From Candidatus Marinacidobacterium sp. (GTDB lineage Bacteria; Acidobacteriota; Vicinamibacteria; Marinacidobacterales; Marinacidobacteraceae): DNA of 64,000 nucleotides. Position 1 is the first letter of the stretch, and each line of letters opens with the position of its first letter. This document shows, piece by piece, positions 28,526 through 37,296 of the stretch. Both the position numbers and the translations under genes were made by a program. The stretch is from NCBI GenBank assembly GCA_965220965.1, contig OZ244852.1, positions 224,001 through 288,000 on the forward strand. Direction: 5' to 3'. Below the pieces are notes generated by a model. It saw only the letters and a list, made by a program, of their open reading frames with translations, made no database searches and had not been told where the DNA came from.

Positions 28526-30040
28526 GTGGCGTCCTTCTACCTGACCACCGCGATCGATTACGTCAACTCGGCGCCCCACCTCGGAACCGCCTACGAGAAG
28601 ATCACCGCGGACGTGATCGCCCGCTACCAGCGGAGCGCCGGGAGGGAGACCCGGTTCCTCATGGGCGCCGATGAGCATTCGCTCAACGTCCGGCGGCGGG
28701 CCGAGGAGCAGGGGCTCGATCCGCTCGAGTACTGCGGTCGGATGGAGGACACCTTTCGCGCCGTCTGGGCGAAGCTGGACATCTCCTACGACGACTACAT
28801 CCGGACGACCGAGCGCCGCCACCACCGGGGGGTCACCCGGCTGCTCGAGGCGATCCGGGATCGGGGCGGGATCTACGAGGGGACCTACGAGGGCTGGTAC
28901 TGCGTCTCCTGCGAGGCCTTCAAGCAGGACAAGGACCTGGTGGACGGCGAGTGCCCGCTCCACCGGAAGCGGCCGGACTGGATCCGGGAAAAGAACCACT
29001 TCTTCCGGCTGTCCGCCTGGGGCGACCGGCTGCTGGAGCTCTACCGGGAGCGTCCGGATTTCATCGAGCCGGAGACCCGCCGCAACGAGCTGACGCGTCT
29101 CATCGAGGCGGGGCTGCTGGATCTGTCGGTGAGCCGCCCGGGGAGCGGGTGGGGGATCCCGGTTCCCTTCGATGACCGCAGCGTGGTCTACGTCTGGTTC
29201 GACGCGCTGATCAACTACCTCTCCGCCACCGGCTACGGCGACGACCTCGAAGGATGGGATGAGCGCTGGCCCGCCGACCTCCATATCGTCGGCAAGGACA
29301 TCACCCGGTTCCACGCGGTGATCTGGCCGGCGATGCTCATGGCGGCGGACCTGCCGCTGCCCCGCCAGGTGTTCGGGCACGGGTTCGTGAACTTCGAGGG
29401 CGAGCGGATGAGCAAGTCGCTCGGGACCGCGGTGGATCCGCTCGAGGCGGCGGATCACTTCGGACCGGACCCCCTCCGCTTCTATCTCGTGCGCGAAATC
29501 GCCTACGGACAGGACGGTGATTTCTCCTGGGAGCGCTTCGAGGCCCGCTATGACGCCGACCTCGCGAACTCGCTCGGGAACCTGGTCAGCCGGATCACCG
29601 CGATGGCCGGGCGGTACCGCGAGGGCCGGCTCAGTCCCTCCGCCCGGAGCCGGTTGCCCGACCTGGCGGCGTCGGCGACGGCCGCGCACCGCGCCGCGAT
29701 GGAGGAGCTTCGCCTCCACGACGGCGTCGCGGCCGCCTTCGGGGTGATCGGCGCGGTCAACGAGTTCCTCACCGAGCGGGCCCCCTGGACGCTCGCGAAG
29801 GACCCGGAGGCGGCGGAGGCGCTCGACGAGACGCTCTACGAGGCGGCGGAGGCGGTCCGGATCGCCGCCGTCCTGCTGTGGCCGGTCCTGCCCGGATCGA
29901 GCGCCGAGATCCTCAGCCGGCTCACCGGCGAGCGGCCGGAACTCCCCCGGCTCGCCGAGGAGACCGGTTTCCGCGCCGACCGCCCGCTGATGACGACGAA
30001 GGGGGCCCCGCTGTGGCCCCGGCTGGCCGGAGGACGCTGA
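28526..30040 (+). CDS. metG: Methionine--tRNA ligase (short form, no C-terminal dimerisation domain)
   Basis: FYLTTAIDY, HLGT (HIGH), YVWFDAL, GKDI, RMSKS. Confidence 0.95.
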   Translation: MASFYLTTAIDYVNSAPHLGTAYEKITADVIARYQRSAGRETRFLMGADEHSLNVRRRAEEQGLDPLEYCGRMEDTFRAVWAKLDISYDDYIRTTERRHHRGVTRLLEAIRDRGGIYEGTYEGWYCVSCEAFKQDKDLVDGECPLHRKRPDWIREKNHFFRLSAWGDRLLELYRERPDFIEPETRRNELTRLIEAGLLDLSVSRPGSGWGIPVPFDDRSVVYVWFDALINYLSATGYGDDLEGWDERWPADLHIVGKDITRFHAVIWPAMLMAADLPLPRQVFGHGFVNFEGERMSKSLGTAVDPLEAADHFGPDPLRFYLVREIAYGQDGDFSWERFEARYDADLANSLGNLVSRITAMAGRYREGRLSPSARSRLPDLAASATAAHRAAMEELRLHDGVAAAFGVIGAVNEFLTERAPWTLAKDPEAAEALDETLYEAAEAVRIAAVLLWPVLPGSSAEILSRLTGERPELPRLAEETGFRADRPLMTTKGAPLWPRLAGGR

Positions 30041-30049
30041 CCGGACTTA

Positions 30050-30246
30050 ACAGTCCGTTGATAAAGTCGCGTGCAGCGCCGAGAGCGGTGAGGCGCCCGG
30101 CCGACAAGGCGCGTGAGGGAGGGCCCCTACCGGGAGAACCGGCATCGGGATTTCGACTGAAACGCAACGATGAGCGCCCCGAAGGGGCGTGGTTCGGGCG
30201 GGATGCATCGCCGCTCGAACGCCGCGGGACTTTGTCAACGGGCTGT
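30050..30246. mobile_element. MITE copy 2 (197 bp), TA duplication in TTAA
   Basis: Near-identical TIRs and largely the same core as 21499-21716; between convergent genes. Confidence 0.85.
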
Positions 30247-30254
30247 TAACCCTT

Positions 30255-31136
30255 CTACTGCGGCGAAGCGGCGAGCGAGCGCTCGAAGGCCTCGATCGTG
30301 ATCTCGGCGCGCCGCGCCACCAGCGCCTCGCCGTTCGCGATCGTCCGGTCGAGCGGGTCGAGCGGGACCCCGTTGATCGAGAACTCCCCGGTCATCCGGC
30401 GCTCGTCGGTCCGGATCGCCCCGGGATCCACGGTCGCGATGATCGCGTCGTAGTGGTAGTCGTCGTGGATGTCCCCCCGCGAGGCTGACTGGACATCCGG
30501 CTCCTGGTGGACGCCGAGCTCCTTGAGCTGTTCGAAGCTCCACAGGTCCTCGGTGTAGTACTCGGGGATGTGGTGGAGGCGCACGCCAGGGTGGGGCGGG
30601 GCCTCGTTCCAGCGCTCCGCCACCGCGGCCATCCCGCGCTGGTTTCCGCCGCTGTCGCCGATCAGGAGCACATCGGTGAACCCGCTCACCGACAGACTCC
30701 GCGCCACATCGTGGAGCACCATCTCGAAGGTCTCGCTCGTGAGGCCGATCGTCCCGGGAAAGCGCATGTGTCCGGTGGGCGGGTCATGGTCGCCCTCGGG
30801 CACCAGCTTGATGATGGGGGCCACCAGGGCGTTTCCGAGGCGTCGGGCGATCGCCTCGGTCGTGGCGCGCAGCACCAGGTTGTGCTTCCCGGTCACCACG
30901 TAGGGGCCGTTCTGTTCGATACCCCCGGTCGCCACGATCGCGGTCGTGGCCCCGTCCGCGATCCGGTCGCGGACTTCCATCCAGGTGAGCTCCTCGATGA
31001 AGACGCTGTCCGCGGCCGGTATCGGCCGCTCGGCGTCGAGCGCGTTCCAGGGGTGGTCGGTCGGGCCGCCGCAGGCGGCCGCGAAAAGAACCGCCAGGCC
31101 GGCTACGCCGGCCGGAATTCGCAGACTTTCGAGCAT
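30255..31136 (-). CDS. Creatininase family protein, lipoprotein
   Basis: IEELTWMEV, GGIEQNG, FPGTI, GDSGGNQ. Confidence 0.85.
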   Translation of the reverse strand: MLESLRIPAGVAGLAVLFAAACGGPTDHPWNALDAERPIPAADSVFIEELTWMEVRDRIADGATTAIVATGGIEQNGPYVVTGKHNLVLRATTEAIARRLGNALVAPIIKLVPEGDHDPPTGHMRFPGTIGLTSETFEMVLHDVARSLSVSGFTDVLLIGDSGGNQRGMAAVAERWNEAPPHPGVRLHHIPEYYTEDLWSFEQLKELGVHQEPDVQSASRGDIHDDYHYDAIIATVDPGAIRTDERRMTGEFSINGVPLDPLDRTIANGEALVARRAEITIEAFERSLAASPQ

Positions 31137-31199
31137 GGTTCCGTCTCGCCTCCGGTGTCCAACAGGTCGGTGTCGAAGGTATCACCACCCGGAGTCCGG

Positions 31200-31228
31200 T
31201 TGACCGGGACCCGGGGGTCGGGCAGACT
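31200..31228 (+). promoter_or_regulatory. Sigma70-type promoter for amidohydrolase operon (leaderless)
   Basis: TTGACC-17 nt-CAGACT, 6 nt before ATG 31235. Confidence 0.6.
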
Positions 31229-31234
31229 CGCCTC

Positions 31235-32656
31235 ATGGCGCCCTTCGAAGCGCGTCCCGCCGGGCGCAGATTCCTGATCGCGGGGGCGCTTCTCGGCGTC
31301 CTCCTCCCCGCTTCGGTTCCTGCCCAGCTCAGCCGCCGGGCGGTTGCGGACGCCGGGCCCCGCGACTTTCTGATCCGCGGCGGGACCGTGCACATCGGGG
31401 ACGGGACGGTTCTCTCCGGCGCGAGCGTCGCGCTCTCCGGGGGGCTCGTCACGGCGGTGGGACCGGACGCGGCGGCGCCTCCCGGGGCGTGGGAGGTGGA
31501 CGCCAGCGGGAAGCACGTCTACCCGGGCTTCGTGAACGCGCTGTCCGACCTGGGGCTTCCCGCCCGGGGAGAGCGGGCCGGCGCCGGCGCTCCCCGGCCC
31601 GGCGGTCCCGGAGGGGATCAGCCGCCGCCCTCGCGCGGCCCCGAGGACCGCCCGGACACCTTTTCCTTCCGCTACGCCGCCGACTCGCTCGACCCCGGCG
31701 ACGACCGGATCGCCGCCGCCCGGAGCCGCGGCTTCACCTCGGCGGTGTCGGTGGCCGGGAGCGGGATCGTTTCGGGCCACGCCGCCTGGCTGAACCTGGC
31801 CGGAGAGGATGGCCGGGACTTCGTGGTGTCTTCGGACGCCGCGATCATGGTGCGCCTCGAGACCCGCGGGTTCCGTTCCTTTCCGGGGTCGCTGATGGGC
31901 GTCATCGCCTACCTGAAGCAGTTGTTCCTCGATGTATCCCATGACCGGGAGGCCTGGCGGCTCTACGAAGAAGACCCGACCGGGCTCACCCGGCCGCGCT
32001 ACGACCGCACCCTGGCGCCGCTCGCGGCCGCTGCGGCGGGGGAGCAGCCGGTCCTGCTTCCGGCGAACCTCGACAAGGAAATTCGCCGGATGGTGGGGCT
32101 CGCGGGAGAGATGGGTGTCCGGCCGGTCGTCTACGGCGGCCACGAAGCGGCGTCGGCGGCCGGGTTCCTCGCGGATGCCGGGGTTCCGATCCTGGTGGAT
32201 CTGGACTGGCCGGACGCCGGTCCCGACCGCGACCCGGAGGCGGCCGTTCCGCTCCGGGAGCTACGCCTGCGTGACGAGGCGCCCGCCGGACCGGCGGCGC
32301 TCGCCGCCGCCGGGGTCCGGTTCGCCTTCTACGGCGGAGAGGGTTCGGGTCGCGGTGGGCCGGGCCGGTCGGAGGGCGGGGGGCCGCTCGCGGCGGTCCG
32401 GGCCGCGGTGGAGCGCGGACTCGACCCGGAGGCCGCGGTCGTCGCGCTGACGTCGGCGCCCGCCGAGATCTTCGGCGTGGCGGGCCGGGTCGGGACCCTC
32501 GGACCCGGCAAGATCGCGAACCTCGTCATCGCGGACGGCGATCTGTTCGCCGGAGAGGGTGGGGTCGAGACGGTGTTCGTGGACGGCGTGATCCACCATG
32601 TCGGCGAGGGAGACGAGGCCACCGACGCGGGAGATTCCCGGGGAGCCAACCGATGA
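31235..32656 (+). CDS. Amidohydrolase family protein (metal motif degenerate)
   Basis: DASGKHVYPGFVNA, GTLGPGKIANLV; no HxH. Confidence 0.85.
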   Translation: MAPFEARPAGRRFLIAGALLGVLLPASVPAQLSRRAVADAGPRDFLIRGGTVHIGDGTVLSGASVALSGGLVTAVGPDAAAPPGAWEVDASGKHVYPGFVNALSDLGLPARGERAGAGAPRPGGPGGDQPPPSRGPEDRPDTFSFRYAADSLDPGDDRIAAARSRGFTSAVSVAGSGIVSGHAAWLNLAGEDGRDFVVSSDAAIMVRLETRGFRSFPGSLMGVIAYLKQLFLDVSHDREAWRLYEEDPTGLTRPRYDRTLAPLAAAAAGEQPVLLPANLDKEIRRMVGLAGEMGVRPVVYGGHEAASAAGFLADAGVPILVDLDWPDAGPDRDPEAAVPLRELRLRDEAPAGPAALAAAGVRFAFYGGEGSGRGGPGRSEGGGPLAAVRAAVERGLDPEAAVVALTSAPAEIFGVAGRVGTLGPGKIANLVIADGDLFAGEGGVETVFVDGVIHHVGEGDEATDAGDSRGANR

Positions 32657-34014
32657 AGCGCGCGCTGATCGCCGTACTGGCCCTTTCCCCCCTCCTGGTT
32701 CCGGCATGGTCCGGCGCGCAGGACCTGGTCATCCGGGGCGGAACGGTGTTGACCATCACGAACGGCGTCGCCGAGGGGCCGATCGTGATCCGGGACGGAA
32801 GGATCGCCGCCATCGGCGACCCGGCGGCGATCCCCGAGGGGGTCGAGGTCGTGGACGCGACCGGCATGTTCGTCATGCCCGGCATCGTGGACGCCCACTC
32901 GCACATCGCCGCCGAGTCGATCAACGAGGGAACGGTGGCCGTCTCCTCGATGACCGGCACCGGGGATGTCGTGGACCCCTACGACATCAACATCTACCGC
33001 GAGCTCGCCGGCGGGGTCACGACTTCCAACATCCTCCACGGCAGCGCGAATCCCATCGGCGGTCTGAACGTCATCATCAAGCACCGCTGGGGCGCCACCG
33101 CGGACGAACTCGTGCTCGAGGGGGCGCCGCCCGGCATCAAGTTCGCGCTGGGAGAGAACCCCAAGCGCTCCCGAGGCATGCCGCCGGGAGTCGAGCAGCG
33201 CTACCCGGCGACCCGGATGGGCGTCCAGGATGTGATCCGGCAGGCGTTTCTCGAGGCGGAGGCCTATCGCGAGGCCCACGCCGCGCACCAGGCCGCGCTG
33301 GCGCGGGGTGAGCGGTCGATCCCGCCGCGCCGCGACCTGAAGCTCGAGCCGCTCGTCGAGGTCCTCGAAGGCGACCGGCTGGTTCACGCCCACTGCTATC
33401 GGCAGGACGAGATCCTCCAGTTGCTGCGGGTGGCCGAGGAGTTCGGCGTCCGGATCGCCACGCTCCAGCACGTTCTCGAGGGCTACAAGGTCGCGGACGA
33501 GATCGCCGCCCACGGCGCGGGCGCCTCGACGTTTTCGGACTGGTGGGCCTACAAGGTCGAGGCCTATGACGCGATCCCTCACAACGCCGCCCTCATGACG
33601 GAGCGCGGCATCCTGGTCTCGATCAACTCGGACAGCGCCGAGGAGGCCCGCCATCTGAATCAGGAGGCGGCCAAGACGGTGAAGTGGGGCGGGATGACCG
33701 AGGAGCAGGCGCTCGCGATGATCACGATCAACCCCGCGATCCAGCTCGGCATCGGGGACCGCATCGGCTCCATCGAGGTCGGCAAGGATGCGGACTTCGC
33801 GATCTTCGACCGGCATCCGCTGAGCACCTACGCGGTGAACCAGGTGACCATCGTGGACGGCGAGGTCCTGTTCACGCTCGACAAGGACCGCCAGATGCGC
33901 GAGAGCGCGGCGGCGGAGCGGGCGCGGCTCGAGGAGCGTCTCGGCGCGGCGGAAGCAACCGACGACGGACCACCCGGCAACCGGAACCGCGGCCCGGAAG
34001 GGGGCTCGCGATGA
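32653..34014 (+). CDS. Amidohydrolase family protein (catalytic type)
   Basis: PGIVDAHSH, KFALGENPK, HCY, QHVLE, NSD. Confidence 0.9.
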   Translation: MKRALIAVLALSPLLVPAWSGAQDLVIRGGTVLTITNGVAEGPIVIRDGRIAAIGDPAAIPEGVEVVDATGMFVMPGIVDAHSHIAAESINEGTVAVSSMTGTGDVVDPYDINIYRELAGGVTTSNILHGSANPIGGLNVIIKHRWGATADELVLEGAPPGIKFALGENPKRSRGMPPGVEQRYPATRMGVQDVIRQAFLEAEAYREAHAAHQAALARGERSIPPRRDLKLEPLVEVLEGDRLVHAHCYRQDEILQLLRVAEEFGVRIATLQHVLEGYKVADEIAAHGAGASTFSDWWAYKVEAYDAIPHNAALMTERGILVSINSDSAEEARHLNQEAAKTVKWGGMTEEQALAMITINPAIQLGIGDRIGSIEVGKDADFAIFDRHPLSTYAVNQVTIVDGEVLFTLDKDRQMRESAAAERARLEERLGAAEATDDGPPGNRNRGPEGGSR

Positions 34015-35339
34015 CCGGAGCACACCGCCGCGCCGCCGCTGTCGCGCTGTCCCTCCTCATCGCCGGGGCGGCCGCGGCGGCCCAGGAAGCCGGGGAAACC
34101 GTGGTGATCCGGGGCGGCCGGATCCACACGCTCGTTGAAGGGGCCGCCCCGATCGAATCGGCTTCGATCCTGATCCGGGACGGCCGGATCGTGGAGATCG
34201 GGGATGTGGAAGTTCCCGCCGGCGCGACCGTCGTGGACGCCGCCGGCCTCGATGTCTATCCCGGGATGATGGACTCGGTGAGCCAGTTGGGCCTCACCGA
34301 GATCGGCGCGATCAGCGCCACCGTGGACACCGTAGAGCTCGGGGAGATGAATCCGCACCTCCGCGCCGCGACCGCGGTGCATCCGGCGAGCGAACACCTG
34401 CCGGTGGCGCGGGCGAACGGGATCACGCACGCGGTTGTGGCCCCCGGTCGCCTCGGCGGGTTCGGCGGGGGCGGCTCCGGAATCAGCGGGCAGGCCTCGA
34501 TCGTCCATCTCGACGGCTGGACCGTGGAGGAGATGGACATCCGGGCGTCGGCGGGCATGGTGCTGAGCTGGCCCAGCCCCCGGGTCCGGCGGGGGGGATT
34601 CGGGTTCGGAGGCGGGGCGCCCGCTTCGTTCCGCGAGGCGAAGGAGGCCTATGACCGCGAGATCGTCGAGCTCGGCGAGGTTCTCGAGGCGGCGCGGCGC
34701 CACCTGGAGGCGGCGGACGCCGGCGCCGCCGGGCGCGATCTGCGCCTCGAGGCCCTCGGGCCGGTGATCGACGGCGACATGCCGCTCCTCGTCATCGCCC
34801 AGACGGCGCGCCAGATCCGGGATGCGGTGGCGTTCGCCGGGGAGCACGGTCTCGAGATGATCCTGCTCGGCGGCGCGGAGTCCTGGAAGGTCAAGGAGTT
34901 GCTGGCGGAGGAGGAGATCCCGGTGATCCTCGGACCCACGCAGCGGCTGCCGAGGGAGGAGGACCTCCCCTACGACCGGCCCTTCACCCTGCCCGGCGAA
35001 CTCCACGCCGCCGGGGTGACGGTGGCCTTCGCCACCTTCGGGTCGTCGAACTCCCGCCTGCTGCCCTACGAGGCCGGTCACGCGGTGGGCTACGGGCTCC
35101 CGCGCGAGGAAGCGGTTCGCGCGATCACGACCGTCCCTGCGCAACTGTTCGGGCTGGACGCCGACTTCGGGACGATCGAGGAGGGCAAGGTCGCCAACCT
35201 CATCGTCATCGACGGAGACCCCCTCGAAATCCGCGCGGAGGTTCGCCACGTCATCGTGAACGGCGCCGAGGCGCCCCTCGACAACCGCCATCAGCGGCTC
35301 TACGAGACCTACCGGAACCGTCCCCGACCCGAGCGATAG
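34011..35339 (+). CDS. Amidohydrolase family protein (metal motif degenerate)
   Basis: VYPGMMDSVSQLG, GTIEEGKVANL; no HxH. Confidence 0.85.
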   Translation: MTGAHRRAAAVALSLLIAGAAAAAQEAGETVVIRGGRIHTLVEGAAPIESASILIRDGRIVEIGDVEVPAGATVVDAAGLDVYPGMMDSVSQLGLTEIGAISATVDTVELGEMNPHLRAATAVHPASEHLPVARANGITHAVVAPGRLGGFGGGGSGISGQASIVHLDGWTVEEMDIRASAGMVLSWPSPRVRRGGFGFGGGAPASFREAKEAYDREIVELGEVLEAARRHLEAADAGAAGRDLRLEALGPVIDGDMPLLVIAQTARQIRDAVAFAGEHGLEMILLGGAESWKVKELLAEEEIPVILGPTQRLPREEDLPYDRPFTLPGELHAAGVTVAFATFGSSNSRLLPYEAGHAVGYGLPREEAVRAITTVPAQLFGLDADFGTIEEGKVANLIVIDGDPLEIRAEVRHVIVNGAEAPLDNRHQRLYETYRNRPRPER

Positions 35340-35389
35340 CCGCTGTTAGACTGCGGCGGTCCCGTCGGCTCGGTACGCGTCCCGCTCTC

Positions 35390-36514
35390 ATGGTCCAGTC
35401 GTTGCGGCGCGCCGTGGGCCGCTGCCTGATCGCCTCCCTCCTGGCTCCGGCGGCGTCCGCCGGGATCGCCGCGGCGGAGGATGACGAGTCCCGGTTCCTG
35501 AGCCGCATCCGGCGGCTGACGGTCGAGGGGAAGCGCGCCGGCGAGGGGTATTTCTCGCCCGACGGGAAGGAGATCGTGTTCCAGTCGGAGCGCGAGCCCG
35601 GCAACCCGTTCTTCCAGATCTACTGGCTCTCGCTGGAGACTGGCGACAGCCGCCGCGTCTCCCCCGGCCACGGCAAGACGACCTGCGCGTTCATCTCAGG
35701 AAAGAACGGCGACATCCTCTTCGCCTCCACCCACCTCGACCCGCGCTCGCTCGAGCTCCAGCGCGAGGAGATCGCCTTCCGCGAGAGCGGCCAGGAGCGC
35801 CGCTACGAGTGGGACTACGACCCGGCGATGGACATCTTCGTCGAGCCGCGCTCCGGCGGCGAGCTGATCCGGCTGACCGACGCCCACGGCTACGACGCCG
35901 AGGCCAGCTATTCCCCGGACGGCGAGTGGATCGTCTTCACCTCGAACCGGCCCCGCTTCGAGCGCGAGCTCGACGGCCGGGAGGCCCGCCTCGCGGAGGT
36001 GGACCCGGCCTACTTCGCCGAGATCTACCGGATGCGCGCCGACGGGACCGGGCAGGAGCGGCTGACTGACGTCCCCGGCTACGACGGCGGCCCGTTCTAC
36101 TTCCCCGACGGCTCGGGGATCGTCTGGCGGCGGTTCTCGGAGGACGGCCTCACGGCCGACATCTGGACCATGAATCCGGACGGGTCCGAACCGCGCCAGG
36201 TGACGGACTTCGGCTCGATGAGCTGGGCGCCCTACGTCCACCCGTCGATGGAGTACATCCTCTTCGCCTCGAACAAGCTGGGCTTCTCCAACTTCGAGGT
36301 CTACATGGTGGATCTCGCCGGGGAGAAGGAGCCCGTCCGGATCACGACGGCGGACGGCTTCGACGGGCTTCCGGTCCCCACCCCGGACGGACGCGGCCTC
36401 GCCTGGACCTCCTCGCGACACGGCGGCGAGGGCGGACAGATCTATCTCGCGGACTGGGACCACGAGGCGGCCCTGACGGCGCTCCGCGCCGCGCCGCCGC
36501 GGCGAGGTCAGTAA
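35390..36514 (+). CDS. TolB-like PD40 beta-propeller protein, exported
   Basis: GEGYFSPDG, GYDAEASYSPDG, GYDGGP repeats. Confidence 0.85.
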   Translation: MVQSLRRAVGRCLIASLLAPAASAGIAAAEDDESRFLSRIRRLTVEGKRAGEGYFSPDGKEIVFQSEREPGNPFFQIYWLSLETGDSRRVSPGHGKTTCAFISGKNGDILFASTHLDPRSLELQREEIAFRESGQERRYEWDYDPAMDIFVEPRSGGELIRLTDAHGYDAEASYSPDGEWIVFTSNRPRFERELDGREARLAEVDPAYFAEIYRMRADGTGQERLTDVPGYDGGPFYFPDGSGIVWRRFSEDGLTADIWTMNPDGSEPRQVTDFGSMSWAPYVHPSMEYILFASNKLGFSNFEVYMVDLAGEKEPVRITTADGFDGLPVPTPDGRGLAWTSSRHGGEGGQIYLADWDHEAALTALRAAPPRRGQ

Positions 36515-37296
36515 TGCCCGCCAGCCAACTCGAGGCCCGCTCGGTCAGCTATCTGGAGCTCATCGGCAACGGTCGCTCCTTTTCGGTGCCGCCGGCCCAG
36601 CGCGACTACTCCTGGAACGTGGAGCAGTGGGGCGATCTGTGGAGCGACATTCTCAACCTGCGGGACAAGACGGACGACCGGCACTACATGGGAGCCCTCG
36701 TCGTGGAAGCCAAAGACGACCGGGACCTCCTGGTGATCGACGGACAGCAGCGGCTCGCGACTCTGGGCATCCTGACTCTGGCGGTCATCGGTCGTCTGAC
36801 GGAACTCGCTGAGGAAGGCGTGGATCCGGAGAACAACCGGTCCCGCGCCCAGATCCTGCGCGATGGGTTTGTTGCCCGGAAGCGCGCCGCATCGTTGACG
36901 GAGACCAGCCGACTCTCGCTGAATGAAACCGACAACGGCTTCTATCAGGACTATGTCGTCCAGCTCCGGACACCGGGCAATCGCAGGAGTCTGCCCACTT
37001 CCCACCGGCTGATCCACGACTGCTATCGGTTTTTCCGAAATCGACTCGCAGACTTCGAAGGGGTGTCAACCGACGGAGAGGCCCTGGGGGGCCTCATCGA
37101 GGAGGCGGTTGGGCGCCAGCTTCGCTTCACCCTGATCACCGTGGACGAAGGGGCCACCACGCACGCGATGTTCGAAGCGCTACGTGACACGGTGCGTCGG
37201 GGAATGGGCGCCCGGAGAGTCGACGCCGACTCTCGTGGTGTTTCGGCGGCGGTAGATGGCGCAGCGGGCCGTCACGATCTGGAGGGCCGACCTTGA
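36514..37296 (+). CDS. DUF262 (GmrS-like) domain protein, apparently truncated (no DUF1524/HNH)
   Basis: VPPAQRDYSW, IDGQQRLAT; ends shortly after degenerate FEALRDT. Confidence 0.75.
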   Translation: MPASQLEARSVSYLELIGNGRSFSVPPAQRDYSWNVEQWGDLWSDILNLRDKTDDRHYMGALVVEAKDDRDLLVIDGQQRLATLGILTLAVIGRLTELAEEGVDPENNRSRAQILRDGFVARKRAASLTETSRLSLNETDNGFYQDYVVQLRTPGNRRSLPTSHRLIHDCYRFFRNRLADFEGVSTDGEALGGLIEEAVGRQLRFTLITVDEGATTHAMFEALRDTVRRGMGARRVDADSRGVSAAVDGAAGRHDLEGRP

